Shown here piece after piece: positions 1 to 9,609 of a DNA stretch of 64,000 bases; position 1 is the stretch's first letter, and each line of letters begins with the position of its first letter. The DNA comes from Microcoleus sp. (GTDB taxonomy: Bacteria > Cyanobacteriota > Cyanobacteriia > Cyanobacteriales > Microcoleaceae): positions 3,648,001-3,712,000 of the forward strand of contig CP181291.1 of assembly GCA_052279835.1 (NCBI GenBank), in the 5' to 3' direction. A model generated the notes under the pieces. It had not been told where the DNA came from, did not search any database, and saw nothing but the letters and a program-made list of their open reading frames with translations. The position numbers and the translations under genes are program-made.

Positions 1-2007
1 AAAATTGTTGGCATTAAAGATAGCATAAAATGCCGGGACGATCGCAATATTATTCGTAATCGGGTAGTAGTACGAACCCTCTACTTCGTACTGAGTACCT
101 CCATTACCCCCGCCTGAGAGCAAAAATCTGCGGCCGGATATGTAATCCTGGGGAACCACAAAGGAAATTACTCCCAATGCTCCCTTTTTTCCCAAATCGG
201 GAAATCCCATGCCGAGTTGCAAAGATTGTACCTTAATATCTCCGCCTGAGCGATCGCGATTTACTGGATTTACTTCAAGTTGGCCGTAGGAATAGCGCCC
301 GAATAAACCAAAATTACGGCTCAGCAACCAATCAAAATTAACCACAAAAGTATCAGCGCCGGAGTCTCTAACTCTACCCCCGAAACCATCATCTGCATAG
401 CCGTAAGGGAGTGGTTCGCCCACTGCTCCGCCGATGAATCCATTATAAGGTTTGAGGCTCGATCGCGCGTAAATCAGTCTCAGATTGAAAGATTTGCTGG
501 GGGCGTATTCCAACTGTGCTGTCATCGTGTTGGAACTGTTGAACAAACCATCGCTGGGATTGCTAGCGGTATTAAATACCGCAGGATTCAAAAATTCGGT
601 ATTTTCCGCCATATAAGCAGCGGTGAATTTCAGCGGTTTGGCAACTTGCCAAGTGACAGCAGCGCCCGCTCCGCGATCGACTGCATTTAACAGTGTACTG
701 CCGTTCGAGTTAAAACTGGTTGCTCCCCTCAGAAAGAATGTGAAACGATTGCCGTCAAAATAGCGATAATAGTTTAACCGCGGTCCGATCGCAACTTGCA
801 CCTTATCTCCCACTGGAAACGTGTAAGACATCTCGCGAATTCCCACAGTATTTGCCGTCGGTACGCCAGTTTGATCTAAAAACGGCGTTCCCCAAGAGTT
901 GTAAAAACCCGCTGATACGAGTTCATTTGCAGGCGAGTTGCCGTTCCCAAATACTAACTGAGTTACCAGGGAATCTTTGCCTGTAAATGAAGTATTTAGG
1001 GTCAAAAAAGCGTAGTAGCTAAAAGTAGTTTCCGGGCGATCGCGTTCGACGCGAGTCGGTCGATTATTGGCATCGCGAGTTGGAGGAGCAAAGGCACTAC
1101 CGGGCGCGGTGCGGCTGCGTTCAGCAGTGATATCGCCTGTGGGAAATGCTGATGTCAGGTTGAACCAAACCGTACCATTTAGTTTAGTGGTGGTCGAGAA
1201 TTGATTGGATTCTAGCTCGGCTGTGCGAGCTTCTAATACATCGATTCTACCGCGAAGGATTGCTAGTTCGGCTGCAAATTGTTCTTGCAGTTTTTGGACT
1301 TTTTCTACATCTTCTTTTTTGACTAAATTAGAACCTCCGGCTCTGATTAATTCCGTAACTTTATCTAGACACGCATTTAAGCCGGCGGCAAATTCGTAGC
1401 GCGTCATGGCTCGATTTCCGCGATAAGTACCGTCGGGATATCCTGCGATACATCCGTAGCGTTCAACTAAGGATTGCAGTGCGCCAAATGCCCAGTCTGT
1501 GGGTTTGACATCGCTGAGTTGGGAAACGGAGGTGACTTGCTCGATTTGGGAAGCGTCGTTGATTTCTAGGCTATCTATTTGTGGGATATCGGTGATAGTT
1601 GTAGCCGGATTTTGCTCTGTTTGAATTGACTCTGCTAAGTCGTTAGATGCGCCGGATGCTTGGGCTGTTGTTTCTGTCTGCTTTATTTCGCTATTTTGAG
1701 ATATTTCGGCAGGTTTTTCGCTGTCTGTAGCGACGGAAATATTCTCAGTGGGCGGAAGTTTTTCTGGTTCGATATCCGCGGTTTTTTCTGGCGTTACCGC
1801 TGGATTTATCTGTGGTTGAGTTGGTGCGATCGGAACTGACGATTCTACTAATTTGTCCTGTGGTAATTCGGCTGTTTGGGTGGTTGCTTCCTCGGTTTGC
1901 AAAATCAAATTTTCCGCAGCAGAGCTTGCCGGAGGATGCAGCAAATGAATACAAAAAAAGGCTGGCGTTGCTGTCAGCAGGATTTGGGAAAACAAAAATT
2001 TAGACAT
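1..2007 (-). CDS. SLH-domain outer-membrane porin (cyanobacterial iron-uptake/OprB-like family); 3' end runs off the window
   Basis: Hand translation from ATG 2007: MSKFLFSQILLTATPAFF...QVTSVSQLSDVKPTDWAFGALQSLVERYGCIAGYPDGTYRGNRAMTRYEFAAGLNACLD, the typical SLH motif of cyanobacterial porins. Absent from the ORF track because there is no stop in the window. Confidence 0.9.
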   Translation of the reverse strand, partial: MSKFLFSQILLTATPAFFCIHLLHPPASSAAENLILQTEEATTQTAELPQDKLVESSVPIAPTQPQINPAVTPEKTADIEPEKLPPTENISVATDSEKPAEISQNSEIKQTETTAQASGASNDLAESIQTEQNPATTITDIPQIDSLEINDASQIEQVTSVSQLSDVKPTDWAFGALQSLVERYGCIAGYPDGTYRGNRAMTRYEFAAGLNACLDKVTELIRAGGSNLVKKEDVEKVQKLQEQFAAELAILRGRIDVLEARTAELESNQFSTTTKLNGTVWFNLTSAFPTGDITAERSRTAPGSAFAPPTRDANNRPTRVERDRPETTFSYYAFLTLNTSFTGKDSLVTQLVFGNGNSPANELVSAGFYNSWGTPFLDQTGVPTANTVGIREMSYTFPVGDKVQVAIGPRLNYYRYFDGNRFTFFLRGATSFNSNGSTLLNAVDRGAGAAVTWQVAKPLKFTAAYMAENTEFLNPAVFNTASNPSDGLFNSSNTMTAQLEYAPSKSFNLRLIYARSSLKPYNGFIGGAVGEPLPYGYADDGFGGRVRDSGADTFVVNFDWLLSRNFGLFGRYSYGQLEVNPVNRDRSGGDIKVQSLQLGMGFPDLGKKGALGVISFVVPQDYISGRRFLLSGGGNGGTQYEVEGSYYYPITNNIAIVPAFYAIFNANNF

Positions 2008-2042
2008 GATCCTCACACCGTAAATATCGAATAGCGAAATGG

Positions 2043-2213
2043 GAGGCAGAGCCTCTGGATCTGCGTTACCAGGCTCTGCCTGGTAACGAGTAGAGGGGGG
2101 GACAAGATTCCGATCTTTCGTCCCCCCTTGGGGGGTAGGGGGGGGGCTAGGGAAGCCTCTGGATCTGCGTTACCAGGCTCTGCCTGGTAACGAGTAGAGC
2201 CTGGTAACGAGTA
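2043..2213. repeat. REP-like palindromic repeat cluster (GAGGCAGAGCCTC / CGTTACCAGGCTCTGCCTGGTAACGAG) with a C/G-run palindrome
   Basis: The same units recur at ~9465-9580, ~15677-15858 and ~53529-53575. Confidence 0.8.
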
Positions 2214-2272
2214 GATTTGCGCGGAGGCGGACTTTGTTTGACAAGGAGCGGTTTGAACCGCCGATCGATCTT

Positions 2273-3394
2273 TTAAGTCAAAGGTTTGCGATCGCCCGCC
2301 GCAGGTAAAGCCCGCTCTTCTTTGGGAGGTAAATAGCTCTCATCAACTATCTGATTAACTGGTGGCGCTGTAATTTTCAAGACTTCTGCTACTTGTTTCG
2401 CTGTCGCTTCCAGACGAGTTGGATCGATTCCGCCCAAGCCTACTTTTTCCACTTCGGGAGTTATGTACAGCCTTTCTAAAGCAATTTGCAGGCGGCGCTT
2501 TTCGGCATTTTTGTCCATCAAGCTGTCTCCGGCTTTTACCACAGATGCCAATCCGGCTGTCGGATCTTTTAACGTATCTTGGAGTCCTTTAAAATACGCT
2601 CTCAAAAAGCCTTTTACTACTTCGGGATTTTTCTCTAAAAATGCTTTTTTGACAACGATCGCATTTCCGTACAAATCTAAACCGTTATCGGTATAGTAAA
2701 AGACGTTCATATCTTCTGGCTTTTTGCCTGCTTTTTCTAACGCAGGGACGATGGTGGTTGCAAAACCGCTGACTGCATCCACGTCGCCTTTAATTAATAA
2801 TGTTTCGCGCAGCTTTGGTTCCATGGTAATCCACTCTACGCCATCGGCGGGTACGCCCACTTTTTGGGCAAATACCGGCCACAATTTGCGCGGTGCATCT
2901 CCTGCGGGAGCTCCTAGCTTTTTGCTGGCTAATGCTTTGGGATCTGCTATGTTGCTCGATTTGAGGGTGACTATGGAAAAGGCCGATCGATTGTAAGGTA
3001 CTGCAACTGCTACTACTGGATCGTTGGGATTCTTGGCGTTGAACTCCATCATGGAGTAAATATCGCCAAATCCGATCTCGAATTGACCTGCTGCAACTTT
3101 GGTAATTGTATCCGAGGAACCGTAGCCGCGCTCGATTTTCACATCCAATCCTTCGGCTGGAAAATAGCCTTTGTCGATCGCCATTGTCAGCGGTGCGTTG
3201 TCGCCTTGTAACAGCCAAGATGGATTGACTTTAATGGTGCGTTTCTGTGACGTATCGGCGGCTGTGGTGGCAGTTGCTCCCCCCGATGCTGGGGTAGTTG
3301 CGGCATTCGGCTGCTGAGATTGGCAGCTACTTAGAATCAGTAGCGCTGCGATCGGCACTAGGGATAGCGATCGTCCTAACCACGTATTTTTCAT
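2273..3394 (-). CDS. ABC transporter substrate-binding lipoprotein, NMT1/THI5-SsuA family
   Basis: Lipobox LSSC; GYFPAEGLDVKIERGYGS and GLDLYGNAIVV motifs; divergent from the ATPase and permease genes. Confidence 0.85.
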   Translation of the reverse strand: MKNTWLGRSLSLVPIAALLILSSCQSQQPNAATTPASGGATATTAADTSQKRTIKVNPSWLLQGDNAPLTMAIDKGYFPAEGLDVKIERGYGSSDTITKVAAGQFEIGFGDIYSMMEFNAKNPNDPVVAVAVPYNRSAFSIVTLKSSNIADPKALASKKLGAPAGDAPRKLWPVFAQKVGVPADGVEWITMEPKLRETLLIKGDVDAVSGFATTIVPALEKAGKKPEDMNVFYYTDNGLDLYGNAIVVKKAFLEKNPEVVKGFLRAYFKGLQDTLKDPTAGLASVVKAGDSLMDKNAEKRRLQIALERLYITPEVEKVGLGGIDPTRLEATAKQVAEVLKITAPPVNQIVDESYLPPKEERALPAAGDRKPLT

Positions 3395-3508
3395 GAAAAA
3401 AAGCTTGCTATTTGGACCACAAACTGAGGGGAAAACCTCTCTAGCCCACCAAACGCGATCGCTTATGTTTGCGGATTTCGCGTCAAAGTAAAGCTGCTAA
3501 TCGGCTTC

Positions 3509-3735
3509 TTGTATACTGTATTCTTTTGTTTTTAGGCATACTGTATACAAAAACACAGTTTTTCGGTTTTTGTCAAACAATAATCAAATAGACAAGGGGA
3601 GATTTGGGGCGGTATTTGCTGATACTGCGATCGCTTGCTTGATTATCCAAAAGTTTGTATTTTCTGATACAGACACCAGAACTATTATCTAGAATAACTA
3701 TAAGTTATAACTTTTGAAATAATTACTGTATACAG
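3509..3735. promoter_or_regulatory. Three (T/C)TGTATAC(A/T) palindromic boxes, GntR-like operator candidates
   Basis: TTGTATACTG 3509-3518, CTGTATACAA 3541-3550, perfect CTGTATACAG 3726-3735, all in the divergent promoter region. Confidence 0.45.
3612..3671. promoter_or_regulatory. Two NtcA-type boxes (GTA-N8-TAC)
   Basis: GTATTTGCTGATAC 3612-3625 and TGTATTTTCTGATACA 3656-3671. Confidence 0.65.
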
Positions 3736-3803
3736 CATACGAATAATAAAACGGTGAAGAAAATACTGTTGAGTTTATCCGAAAAAAAGGAGGTAGAGTA
3801 ACT

Positions 3804-4631
3804 GTGGTACAGCCTAAAATGGTAACAGATGCGATCGAAACACAAGAACCGACTCTTTTGGAATTCGATCGCGTGGGTTTAGAGTATCGAGTTGACGGCC
3901 AACCCAGACGAATTATCGACGAGATTTCGCTGTCGATCGCCCAAGGAGAATTTGTGTCCTTTGTAGGGCCGAGTGGCTGCGGTAAAACATCAATCTTGAG
4001 GATGGTTTCTGGGCTGTCTCCAGCGCCGATTGGCGAAGTTAGGATGCGGGAAAAGAAAATTACCAAACCGCTAAAAAATGTCGGAATTGCCTTTCAGAAT
4101 CCAGTGCTGTTACCTTGGCGAAATACCCTCGACAACGTACTTTTGCCGCTGGAAGTAGTGCAGCCGTACAAGCGAGAATTTAAAGAGCCGGCGCGACGGG
4201 AAAAGTTTGTGCGCCAAGCCCAAGAATTGTTAGCTACAGTGGGATTGCAAGACTTTCAGAAACAGTTTCCCTGGCAATTGTCAGGCGGAATGCGGCAGAG
4301 AGCTTCCCTGTGTCGGGGATTAATTCACCAACCGGAAATCCTGCTGTTAGACGAACCTTTTGGGGCGTTAGATGCTTTCACTCGCGAGGAAATGTGGGTG
4401 ATGTTGCAAGAGTTGTGGATGCGGGTGAAGTGCGTTTGCATCCTGATCACTCACGATTTGCGCGAGGCAGTTTTCTTGTCAGATACAGTTTACGTGATGG
4501 GCCCGCGTCCGAGTTCGATCGTCTACAAAGTAAAAGTCAATCTCCCGCGTCCCACTAATCTAGATATGATTCTGTCGGATGATTTCAACCACATCGTAGC
4601 AGAAATACGCCGCCACATTCACCGCAACTAA
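3804..4631 (+). CDS. ABC transporter ATP-binding protein, NitT/TauT family
   Basis: Walker A GPSGCGKT, signature LSGGMRQR, Walker B LLLDEPFGALD. Confidence 0.95.
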   Translation: MVQPKMVTDAIETQEPTLLEFDRVGLEYRVDGQPRRIIDEISLSIAQGEFVSFVGPSGCGKTSILRMVSGLSPAPIGEVRMREKKITKPLKNVGIAFQNPVLLPWRNTLDNVLLPLEVVQPYKREFKEPARREKFVRQAQELLATVGLQDFQKQFPWQLSGGMRQRASLCRGLIHQPEILLLDEPFGALDAFTREEMWVMLQELWMRVKCVCILITHDLREAVFLSDTVYVMGPRPSSIVYKVKVNLPRPTNLDMILSDDFNHIVAEIRRHIHRN

Positions 4632-4645
4632 AAAACGAGAAAGCA

Positions 4646-5416
4646 ATGGATAATTTAGAGAAATTTGCACGCTCAAAAACAGCAAGTGTTGTGATGCCAA
4701 TTGCTGCGACTATCTTGCTGTTCCTGGTGTGGGAAATTCTGGTATTTTTGTTGAAAATTCCTCCCTATAACTTGCCCGCACCTTCTGCGATTCTGGCCGC
4801 CACTTTCAACCAAAGTCAGGCACTGATCGAAAACAGCGGCCAAACTTTGTTTACAACTTTAGCGGGTTTCATCATCGCCATTGTCGCTGGCATAGTGCTG
4901 GGGTTTTTGATCGGGTATTCGCGCATTGCCTATCTAGTTCTGTACCCCCTATTAGTGGGGTTCAATACTGTACCGAAAGTCGCGTTAGTTCCGCTGTTTG
5001 CGCTGTGGTTTGGCATCGGTACAGTGCCTGCAATTTTGACTGCTTTTTTGCTGGCATTTTTCCCGATCGCGGTTAACGTAGCTTTAGGATTAGATACAGT
5101 GGAACCAGAGATGAAGGATGTGATGCGATCGCTTGGTGCATCCCAGATTGAAATTTTCCAAAAAGTGGGTTTCCCCCACACCTTACCCTACGTCTTTGCA
5201 TCCCTAAAAGTAGCAATTTCCCTTGCCTTTGTCGGCGCTGTAATTTCGGAAACAGTAGCATCCAACAAAGGCTTAGGCTACCTAATTGTCACGGCGAGTT
5301 CTAACTTTGACGTGCCTTTAGGTTTTGCAGGATTGATGGTGTTGGCAGTAATGGGAACCGCACTTTACGGCTTGTTTGCGGCGGCGGAGAAATACCTAAT
5401 TTACTGGGCGCGCTGA
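4646..5416 (+). CDS. ABC transporter permease, NitT/TauT family
   Basis: Hydrophobic segments, VPKVALVPLF motif, EAA-like loop; follows the ATPase gene. Confidence 0.92.
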   Translation: MDNLEKFARSKTASVVMPIAATILLFLVWEILVFLLKIPPYNLPAPSAILAATFNQSQALIENSGQTLFTTLAGFIIAIVAGIVLGFLIGYSRIAYLVLYPLLVGFNTVPKVALVPLFALWFGIGTVPAILTAFLLAFFPIAVNVALGLDTVEPEMKDVMRSLGASQIEIFQKVGFPHTLPYVFASLKVAISLAFVGAVISETVASNKGLGYLIVTASSNFDVPLGFAGLMVLAVMGTALYGLFAAAEKYLIYWAR

Positions 5417-5630
5417 TGGGATGGATTCAACCAAACCCAGTGCCGAAAATTGCCGTGCATATGGCCTAAAGGTTCTTCGTGCCCAGGCTGTTTGATGTCT
5501 GCTACAGGTACTGGCGCGGGGGATTTTTTTGTGAATTTGCGATTGAAGAATGTCATAACTTTGTCTCCAAGATGGTTTGTCTGGGAAGCACATGGAAACC
5601 TGTCACCATAGCTGGTAAAAGTATAGTCAT

Positions 5631-6908
5631 CTATGACATGACTAAGGAGGCGTTGAGTCCCTCCCCCTTCACTTTTACTTCGAGCGGATTGACCCGCCTC
5701 GGCTGAACTACACAGCTCCCTATCCCATCGCTAAAAGCATTTGGGATTGCTTTTCTCAAAATATTATAAGACCCGTTAACATCAGCGTTAATCAATCGAC
5801 CCGATGATGTTCTATACAATCCTCTCTTAATTCGCTGACCACTAAATGTGACATCGAAGGTTCCAATATTCCCGTAGACAGGAATTGGATCTAAATTCAG
5901 GAAGTTCGATTTGGAAGTATAGGATTCTTCTTGTTCTATTACCTTTATTCCCATCAATTCAGCTTTGTACTTCAACATTTCAATTAGTCGAGCATGAGGA
6001 ATGTTTACAAAGCTTTGATTAGTTTTCCTGCCTAAATCAAGCTCGTTTTTCCATTGTGCATTTTTGCCAATTACTAGCGTCCCGATATTTCGTGAGCCGA
6101 GAACATTGATGATATACCGACTAGCAGAGTGCAAGTAATTATCGACTTTTTGATGGCGACAACGGGTTAAACGCTGAATCCGTGATGAAGTTTTACGCAG
6201 ACCTTTTAACTGAGATTGTAGTCGTGCCTTACGCTTGTTGTAAAACTGATTAATTGATTTTAATGGTCGCCCGTTAATCAGTAGAGGCACAAAACCCGAC
6301 TGATTTGAAGTTAACGCCACTAAATTATTTAGCCCTAAATCGATACTAGCAATTGCTTCTTTCGGAATTGCAATGTCGGTGGACTGCGACTCATGATAAA
6401 TTACCTCGATTACATAACAATCACATTTGGGAACCAGTCTCACTTGACAAAGTTGTTCGGGCTTTACAAGAGTCCTTATTGAGATCTTCGTACCGGAAAG
6501 CTGGATAATTCCTTTTTTTAATTGCTTACTACTAATTGCCTGTATCGTATACACGAGAATATTTCGACCCTTGACTTTATCTTTGTACTTAGGTAACTTC
6601 GGGCGACCAGTGAATCTCGTGGGTTCATTTTTGTAAGCTTTGACTGCTTCAAAGAAAGATTTCCAATTCTTGTCCAATATCATCAATATTTGTTGACTTA
6701 CTTTGGCTGGTAATTCCTTGTATGCTTGATGAGATTTCATCAAACAATTCATTTCATTGTAATTTATATAACCCCATCCATAGACAAAACTCTGACGAAT
6801 CACGTAGTTAGCGGCATTGTAGAGATTTTTGGATTTAAAGGCTAAGCCGTCTATTTCAACAAAACGATGTTCTGTGGATTTAATGATGTGTCTCTCTGCT
6901 AGTTGCAT
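5631..6908 (-). mobile_element. tnpB: TnpB RNA-guided endonuclease of a non-autonomous IS200/IS605-IS607-type element (no tnpA)
   Basis: N-terminal KNLYNAANY; RuvC-I IDLGLNNL; QEESYTSK; RuvC-III INADVNGSYNI. Confidence 0.88.
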
Positions 6909-7221
6909 TCAGACTTTCCATTTTTTAACGATCGCCATAATTCTCGCTTGTTGACCCTTATGACTATATGATACTACCATTGCTTACTACTGCTTACAAA
7001 CTTAATAAAGTTTTATAATACCAGCTTGATTTGGTATGTCCGAATATTTTTCTGTGCCTTATGATACTATTTTACAACTATTTTGGTGGAAAGTATCGCC
7101 CGAGCGGGTGATATTTCCTGCATTTAAATTGTCATGGGAGCCCAGAAACCGGGTTTTTTACCGAATCTGCGGGCTGTAAGGCAGTATTTTCGTAAAAACC
7201 CGGTTTTTTGAGTCGGAGTGA

Positions 7222-7725
7222 TTAATTTCGGATTGCTGACTCCAGCCGAAAGCGGGCTATTTGGCAAATTTCAGCGACAGCCTGCTGCATTTCCTTTTCT
7301 GGGGAATTGTCGAGGCGCTGTTTAAAGACTTCTAGAATGCTGGTTTTAGTGTGGTTTTTTACCGCCACAATAAAGGGAAAACCAAACTTTTGGCGGTAGG
7401 ATCGGTTGAGGGATTGAAAGCGATCGAACTCTTCAACCGATAGCCTATCCAAACCCGCACCGGCTTGTTCGCTAACGGAGGCTTCTGCCATTTTTGCTTT
7501 GCTTCCTAAATCTGGGTGGGCTTGAATTAAAGCTAGTTTTTCGCCGACAGTCATGGCGCTGACTACTGTTACCATTTTGGCGTATAAGTCGGCTGTGGAT
7601 GCAAAAGGGCAATCGTCCCAAGTGCGACGGGCGATGTCGGGTGTGTGTTCAAAAATCGCCCCCAGGGCTTGTGTAAATTTTTCCTGGCTGAGTTGGTTGA
7701 GTTCAACTAAAGAATATTGGTGCAT
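7222..7725 (-). CDS. uraD: OHCU decarboxylase
   Basis: IFEHTP, AHPDLG, SEQAGAGL, YRQKFGFPFIVAVK motifs; start placed at MHQYSL (7725). Confidence 0.93.
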   Translation of the reverse strand: MHQYSLVELNQLSQEKFTQALGAIFEHTPDIARRTWDDCPFASTADLYAKMVTVVSAMTVGEKLALIQAHPDLGSKAKMAEASVSEQAGAGLDRLSVEEFDRFQSLNRSYRQKFGFPFIVAVKNHTKTSILEVFKQRLDNSPEKEMQQAVAEICQIARFRLESAIRN

Positions 7726-7871
7726 TGTAAATCTGGTTAATTTCTGTAGTGGTAAGGTGCGCTCCATTAATGTCAACTATAGGCTGAAACCATTGAAAAA
7801 TCTCGTCTTTACCTAAATCTATATCCCCCTAAATCCCCCTTAAGAAGGGGGACTTTAAGAGCGCTATAATG

Positions 7872-7909
7872 GCTAATGACTAATAACTAATGACTAATGA
7901 CTAATGACT
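7872..7909. repeat. Heptamer tandem repeat (CTAATGA)n, STRR-like
   Basis: ctaatga/ctaataa units; a related array lies at 53620-53680. Confidence 0.8.
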
Positions 7910-8920
7910 CCTGACTTTGGTTTGTTCGGTTTCGCCGTGGGCTTTTAGGAGTGCTGCAATTTTGCGTCGCATGATAATTCCCGGCTTATCTGTCAGCATA
8001 TGTTGTTCTTGGTTGATGTCGAGGGGAACGTCCCAATCTGTTGTTTCTAAAATGCGTTTGTCTTCTAATGTAACGGCGCGATCGAAGGCAATAATGTCGC
8101 TGGTTTTGGCATCGGCTTCGGTGTCGTTGCGGAGGCAAAATTGCACCATTTGAGAAGTGGAATCGTTAATCGGAGTCATGGTATTGACAATGATATGAAC
8201 AAGTCCATTTGGGTAAACAATCCTGAGTTTGACGGTAAATGGCATAAACCAAATTCCATCGATTGTCCGCACGGTTTCCTGTTCCTCCATTTTTAAGTTT
8301 TGCTGTTGCTGGGCGGGATTGACTACACCTAAAACGCTGTGATAGTGTAGTTCCCATTCTGTTTCTTGAAATTCCATTACATCCGGTGTAAGATGTGATT
8401 CACTGCCGAAGGTTGTGGTATGTACAAAAGTAGGATGAGCCATGTCTAATTCATTTTCCATTACTCGCAATCCTGCGCAATTCCATGGTTCGTAAAATTC
8501 GTGAATTTGGCGGTAGTTGGAGTCTGAAGCTTCGGGAATATCGGGAATATCTGTCAGGGGTTCTCCCAGACAAACCCAAGCGTATCCGTAGCGATCGCGC
8601 GTTTGGTATGCTTTTACTTTGTAGTTGGGAGAGATGGTGTCTTTTTGCTGCTGCGGAACGCAAACGCAGGTTCCAGATGAGTTAAATGTCCAGCCGTGGT
8701 ACGCACAGGAAATGTTACCATCGACAACTTTTCCTAGGGAAAGTTTGGCTGTGCGGTGACAGCATCTGTCTTCAACTGCTGCGGGTTTACCTTGGGAATC
8801 CAACCACAAAACTATGGGTTCGCCTAACAGTTCAAAAGATTTTGGTTCGCCGGACAATTCGGCGGTGCGAATTACTGGATACCAGAATTGTTTGAAAACA
8901 GGTTGCTTTGTAACTAACAT
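7901..8920 (-). CDS. Rieske [2Fe-2S] non-heme iron oxygenase alpha subunit (VanA/HpxD-like), probable (hypo)xanthine hydroxylase
   Basis: Rieske CCHR...CAYHGW; mononuclear Fe motif ENELDMAHPTFVH...ED; located between uraH and uraD. The substrate is inferred from context. Confidence 0.8.
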   Translation of the reverse strand: MLVTKQPVFKQFWYPVIRTAELSGEPKSFELLGEPIVLWLDSQGKPAAVEDRCCHRTAKLSLGKVVDGNISCAYHGWTFNSSGTCVCVPQQQKDTISPNYKVKAYQTRDRYGYAWVCLGEPLTDIPDIPEASDSNYRQIHEFYEPWNCAGLRVMENELDMAHPTFVHTTTFGSESHLTPDVMEFQETEWELHYHSVLGVVNPAQQQQNLKMEEQETVRTIDGIWFMPFTVKLRIVYPNGLVHIIVNTMTPINDSTSQMVQFCLRNDTEADAKTSDIIAFDRAVTLEDKRILETTDWDVPLDINQEQHMLTDKPGIIMRRKIAALLKAHGETEQTKVRSH

Positions 8921-9052
8921 ATTCTCTCCTATCCTAAATAATAATTAAACCATTCTTCCCTCTTCCCTCTTCCCCCTTCCCTCTTCTTTCTTCCCTCTTC
9001 CCTCTTCTTTCCCCCCTTGGGGGGGGTAGGGGGGGGTTCTTCTTCCCTCTAT

Positions 9053-9415
9053 TTAACTACCACGATAGGTACTATAAGACCAAGGAGAAACTAGCAAAGG
9101 TACGTGATAATGTGCGGTGATATCGGCGATGCCGAATTGAATCGGAATGCTATTTAAAAACGGCGGATCGGGCAAATTTTCCGTGTATTGTGCGAAGTAT
9201 TCGCCAACGGAAAAGACTAATTCGTAAACTCCTGGTTTGAGTTCGCTTTCTGATAGTAACGGGGCTGCCGTGCGGCCATCGGCATTCGTTGTTACAGTTT
9301 TCAACAGGGTTTTTGCGCCGGATTTTGGGTCAATTGAATGCAGGGCGATCGACATATTTGCGGCCGGACACCCGCGGGCTGTGTCGAGAACATGAGTAGT
9401 AAGTTTTCCTGACAT
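9053..9415 (-). CDS. uraH: 5-hydroxyisourate hydrolase (transthyretin-like)
   Basis: [19 protein letters not shown]-terminal YRGS. Confidence 0.97.
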   Translation of the reverse strand: MSGKLTTHVLDTARGCPAANMSIALHSIDPKSGAKTLLKTVTTNADGRTAAPLLSESELKPGVYELVFSVGEYFAQYTENLPDPPFLNSIPIQFGIADITAHYHVPLLVSPWSYSTYRGS

Positions 9416-9609
9416 TATTGAATGATTGATTAACTGCTAATTTCTACTCGTCAACTCGTTCAACTCGTTACCAGGCAGAGCCTGGTAACGCAGATCCAGA
9501 GGCTCTGCCTCCATTTTTGCTGTTTTAAAAGCGAGGCAGAGCCTCTGGATATCGGTTCCCAGGCTCTGCCTGGGAACCAGACTAACCAGACTAACGGCGC
9601 TAGTTTCTA

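Noticed and set aside
1745..2003. Short ORFs 1745-1954 and 1812-2003
   Set aside because: They are shadow frames of the porin gene that starts at 2007.
6909..6938. Nine-codon ORF (MAIVKKWKV) abutting the tnpB start, as a tnpA remnant or leader
   Set aside because: Too short to tell from chance, and it has no recognisable transposase motif.
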